From: Escherichia phage 132
Direction: 5' to 3' (one strand)
Sequence record: MZ417521
DNA length: 64,000 nucleotides
The notes beneath the pieces are model-generated. The model did not search any database and was not told where the DNA came from. It saw nothing but the letters and a program-made list of their open reading frames with translations. The translations under genes and the position numbers were made by a program. Shown in pieces: positions 62,768 through 64,000 of this stretch (positions within the stretch are counted from its first letter, which is position 1; every line of letters starts with the position of its first letter).

Positions 62768-62921
62768 CTCAATTAGTTGACTTTATTATAATATCATCAG
62801 ACACTTGATTTGTAAACCGGTCTGTGCTATTTTCTTCAAAAATTTTTTCTACGAATTCCTTGAACGACTCACGTTCCTGAGCTACATTATGCTCGATTAC
62901 CTTTTCAAGATTATGACTCAT
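62768..62921 (-). CDS. Small hypothetical ORF (~50 codons) overlapping the upstream stop as ATGA
   Basis: Hand-translated MSHNLEKVIEHNVAQERESFKEF...; below track cutoff. Confidence 0.35.
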
Positions 62922-63196
62922 TCGAAATAATCTTCAATTTCGTAATCATGGACGTAAATCATTATAGTTTTTAATACATCATCAATACTTTTTCCTGGAG
63001 CTGGAATTACGTAAAAATATCCCGCCTTTGAGTTATCTTTATAAGTTCCAACCAAGAAATCATTATTCTCGAGATGTAGTTCTTCAACTAATTCATTAAC
63101 AATTGAGTGGTATAAATTTGGTAGAAACTTATATAGCTTTTCTAGAATATCAATTTTTATTGTATATTGAACTACAGATTGAGAATCAATAATCAT
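62918..63196 (-). CDS. arn: Putative Arn anti-restriction protein
   Basis: 92 aa, acidic; T4 Arn length and position after asiA; sequence identity not verified. Confidence 0.5.
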   Translation of the reverse strand: MIIDSQSVVQYTIKIDILEKLYKFLPNLYHSIVNELVEELHLENNDFLVGTYKDNSKAGYFYVIPAPGKSIDDVLKTIMIYVHDYEIEDYFE

Positions 63197-63279
63197 AGAC
63201 CTTCCCCTTATGTTTCTGTTTGCGATTAGATTCTTTAAACGCTTTCTTCTTATCTTTATGGACAGAAGCTCTATTAAAA

Positions 63280-63498
63280 TTATGTTTTGCGACTAAATTG
63301 TTCATAGTGCTGAATTACCTCTCTCAAACATTTGCACGTGAATGAAAACTTTTTAGCTACACCACATTCAAATATATGTTCTCTTAAATCACGTGTATCA
63401 GTATATCCCATCTCAACAATAAAATGCCGTATTAGATTTTTATCTTTATCATTGAGAGAGTTAAAATAATCGGATTTTGAATTAATTTCCCTGGCCAA
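63280..63498 (-). CDS. Hypothetical protein
   Basis: 72-aa ORF. Confidence 0.5.
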   Translation of the reverse strand: MAREINSKSDYFNSLNDKDKNLIRHFIVEMGYTDTRDLREHIFECGVAKKFSFTCKCLREVIQHYEQFSRKT

Positions 63499-63778
63499 AT
63501 TGAATCACCTTCAGTTGACGTTTTAGTTCTTTTATCATTTCTTCGTTCATCGCAATATAAAGATCGCGTAAAGCAGGTTTTAGCATTCCATTTATTGGAG
63601 AACTAAATGGACACACATAATCTTTTCCTACGAGCTTTTTGGTGAATTCCATATTACAGAACTGAAATGCCGGTTCATTGGCATAAATTCCCCAATTAGT
63701 TGACATCATTTTATTGGCATATTCTAATGCCTGGATTTGATTCATAATTCCATCAATTTGAAACTTTTTAATATTCAT
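63482..63778 (-). CDS. Hypothetical protein
   Basis: 98-aa ORF. Confidence 0.55.
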   Translation of the reverse strand: MNIKKFQIDGIMNQIQALEYANKMMSTNWGIYANEPAFQFCNMEFTKKLVGKDYVCPFSSPINGMLKPALRDLYIAMNEEMIKELKRQLKVIQFGQGN

Positions 63779-63972
63779 TAGTAAAGGTCCTCAGAGTAAA
63801 GTTCTTTTTCACTACCACCACGTTCAATACGTACTTGTCCAGCGTAAGTTGCAATAATCATTGCTTCTTCACGTGTCCAATAATTACTATATTGGTCAAT
63901 AAACCCTTGATCATCATCACAAACTTGCTGAGTAACTAATTGGGGTTTAACTACATCTAAAACTGCTGCCAT
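63778..63972 (-). CDS. Hypothetical protein
   Basis: 64-aa ORF near window edge. Confidence 0.45.
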   Translation of the reverse strand: MAAVLDVVKPQLVTQQVCDDDQGFIDQYSNYWTREEAMIIATYAGQVRIERGGSEKELYSEDLY

Positions 63973-64000
63973 ATCTTTAGAATAATGACGAGCACCTGGA

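Overview
This window is a contiguous segment of a T-even (T4-like) Escherichia myovirus genome, recognised by direct reading of the translated ORFs; it is densely coding with essentially no accessory DNA. All identifications are from sequence inspection and recalled T4 biology, with no database search run. Plus-strand late modules: tail sheath gp18 (5' partial), tail tube gp19, portal gp20, prohead core gp67/gp68, protease gp21, scaffold gp22, major capsid gp23, vertex gp24, UvsW, baseplate hub gp51/27/28/29/48/54, and long tail fibre gp34-gp38 followed by holin t. Minus-strand (mostly early/middle) modules: rnlB, hoc, inh, uvsY, gp25/26, two tandem alt-type ADP-ribosyltransferases, DNA ligase gp30 with the 30.x small genes, rIII, gp31, cd, pseT, a spanin pair, alc, rnlA, denA, nrdB, nrdA, td, frd, gp32, gp59, gp33, dsbA, rnh, asiA and arn. 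Departures from the T4 arrangement as I recall it: a free-standing HNH endonuclease between genes 18 and 19; no introns in td or nrdB and no segD/segE/mobE; a Hoc with an extra Ig-like domain; a 120-codon ORF between frd and td; and a T2-type adhesin module (gp37 with a C-terminal chaperone domain plus a glycine-rich gp38). The most function-suggestive cluster is the ADP-ribosylation neighbourhood: two alt paralogs next to a NADAR/YbiA-like protein and a HAD-like protein with a Pro/Tyr tandem repeat. I found no single clearly novel system; the findings below are ranked candidates. No tRNA, CRISPR array or transposable element was seen.
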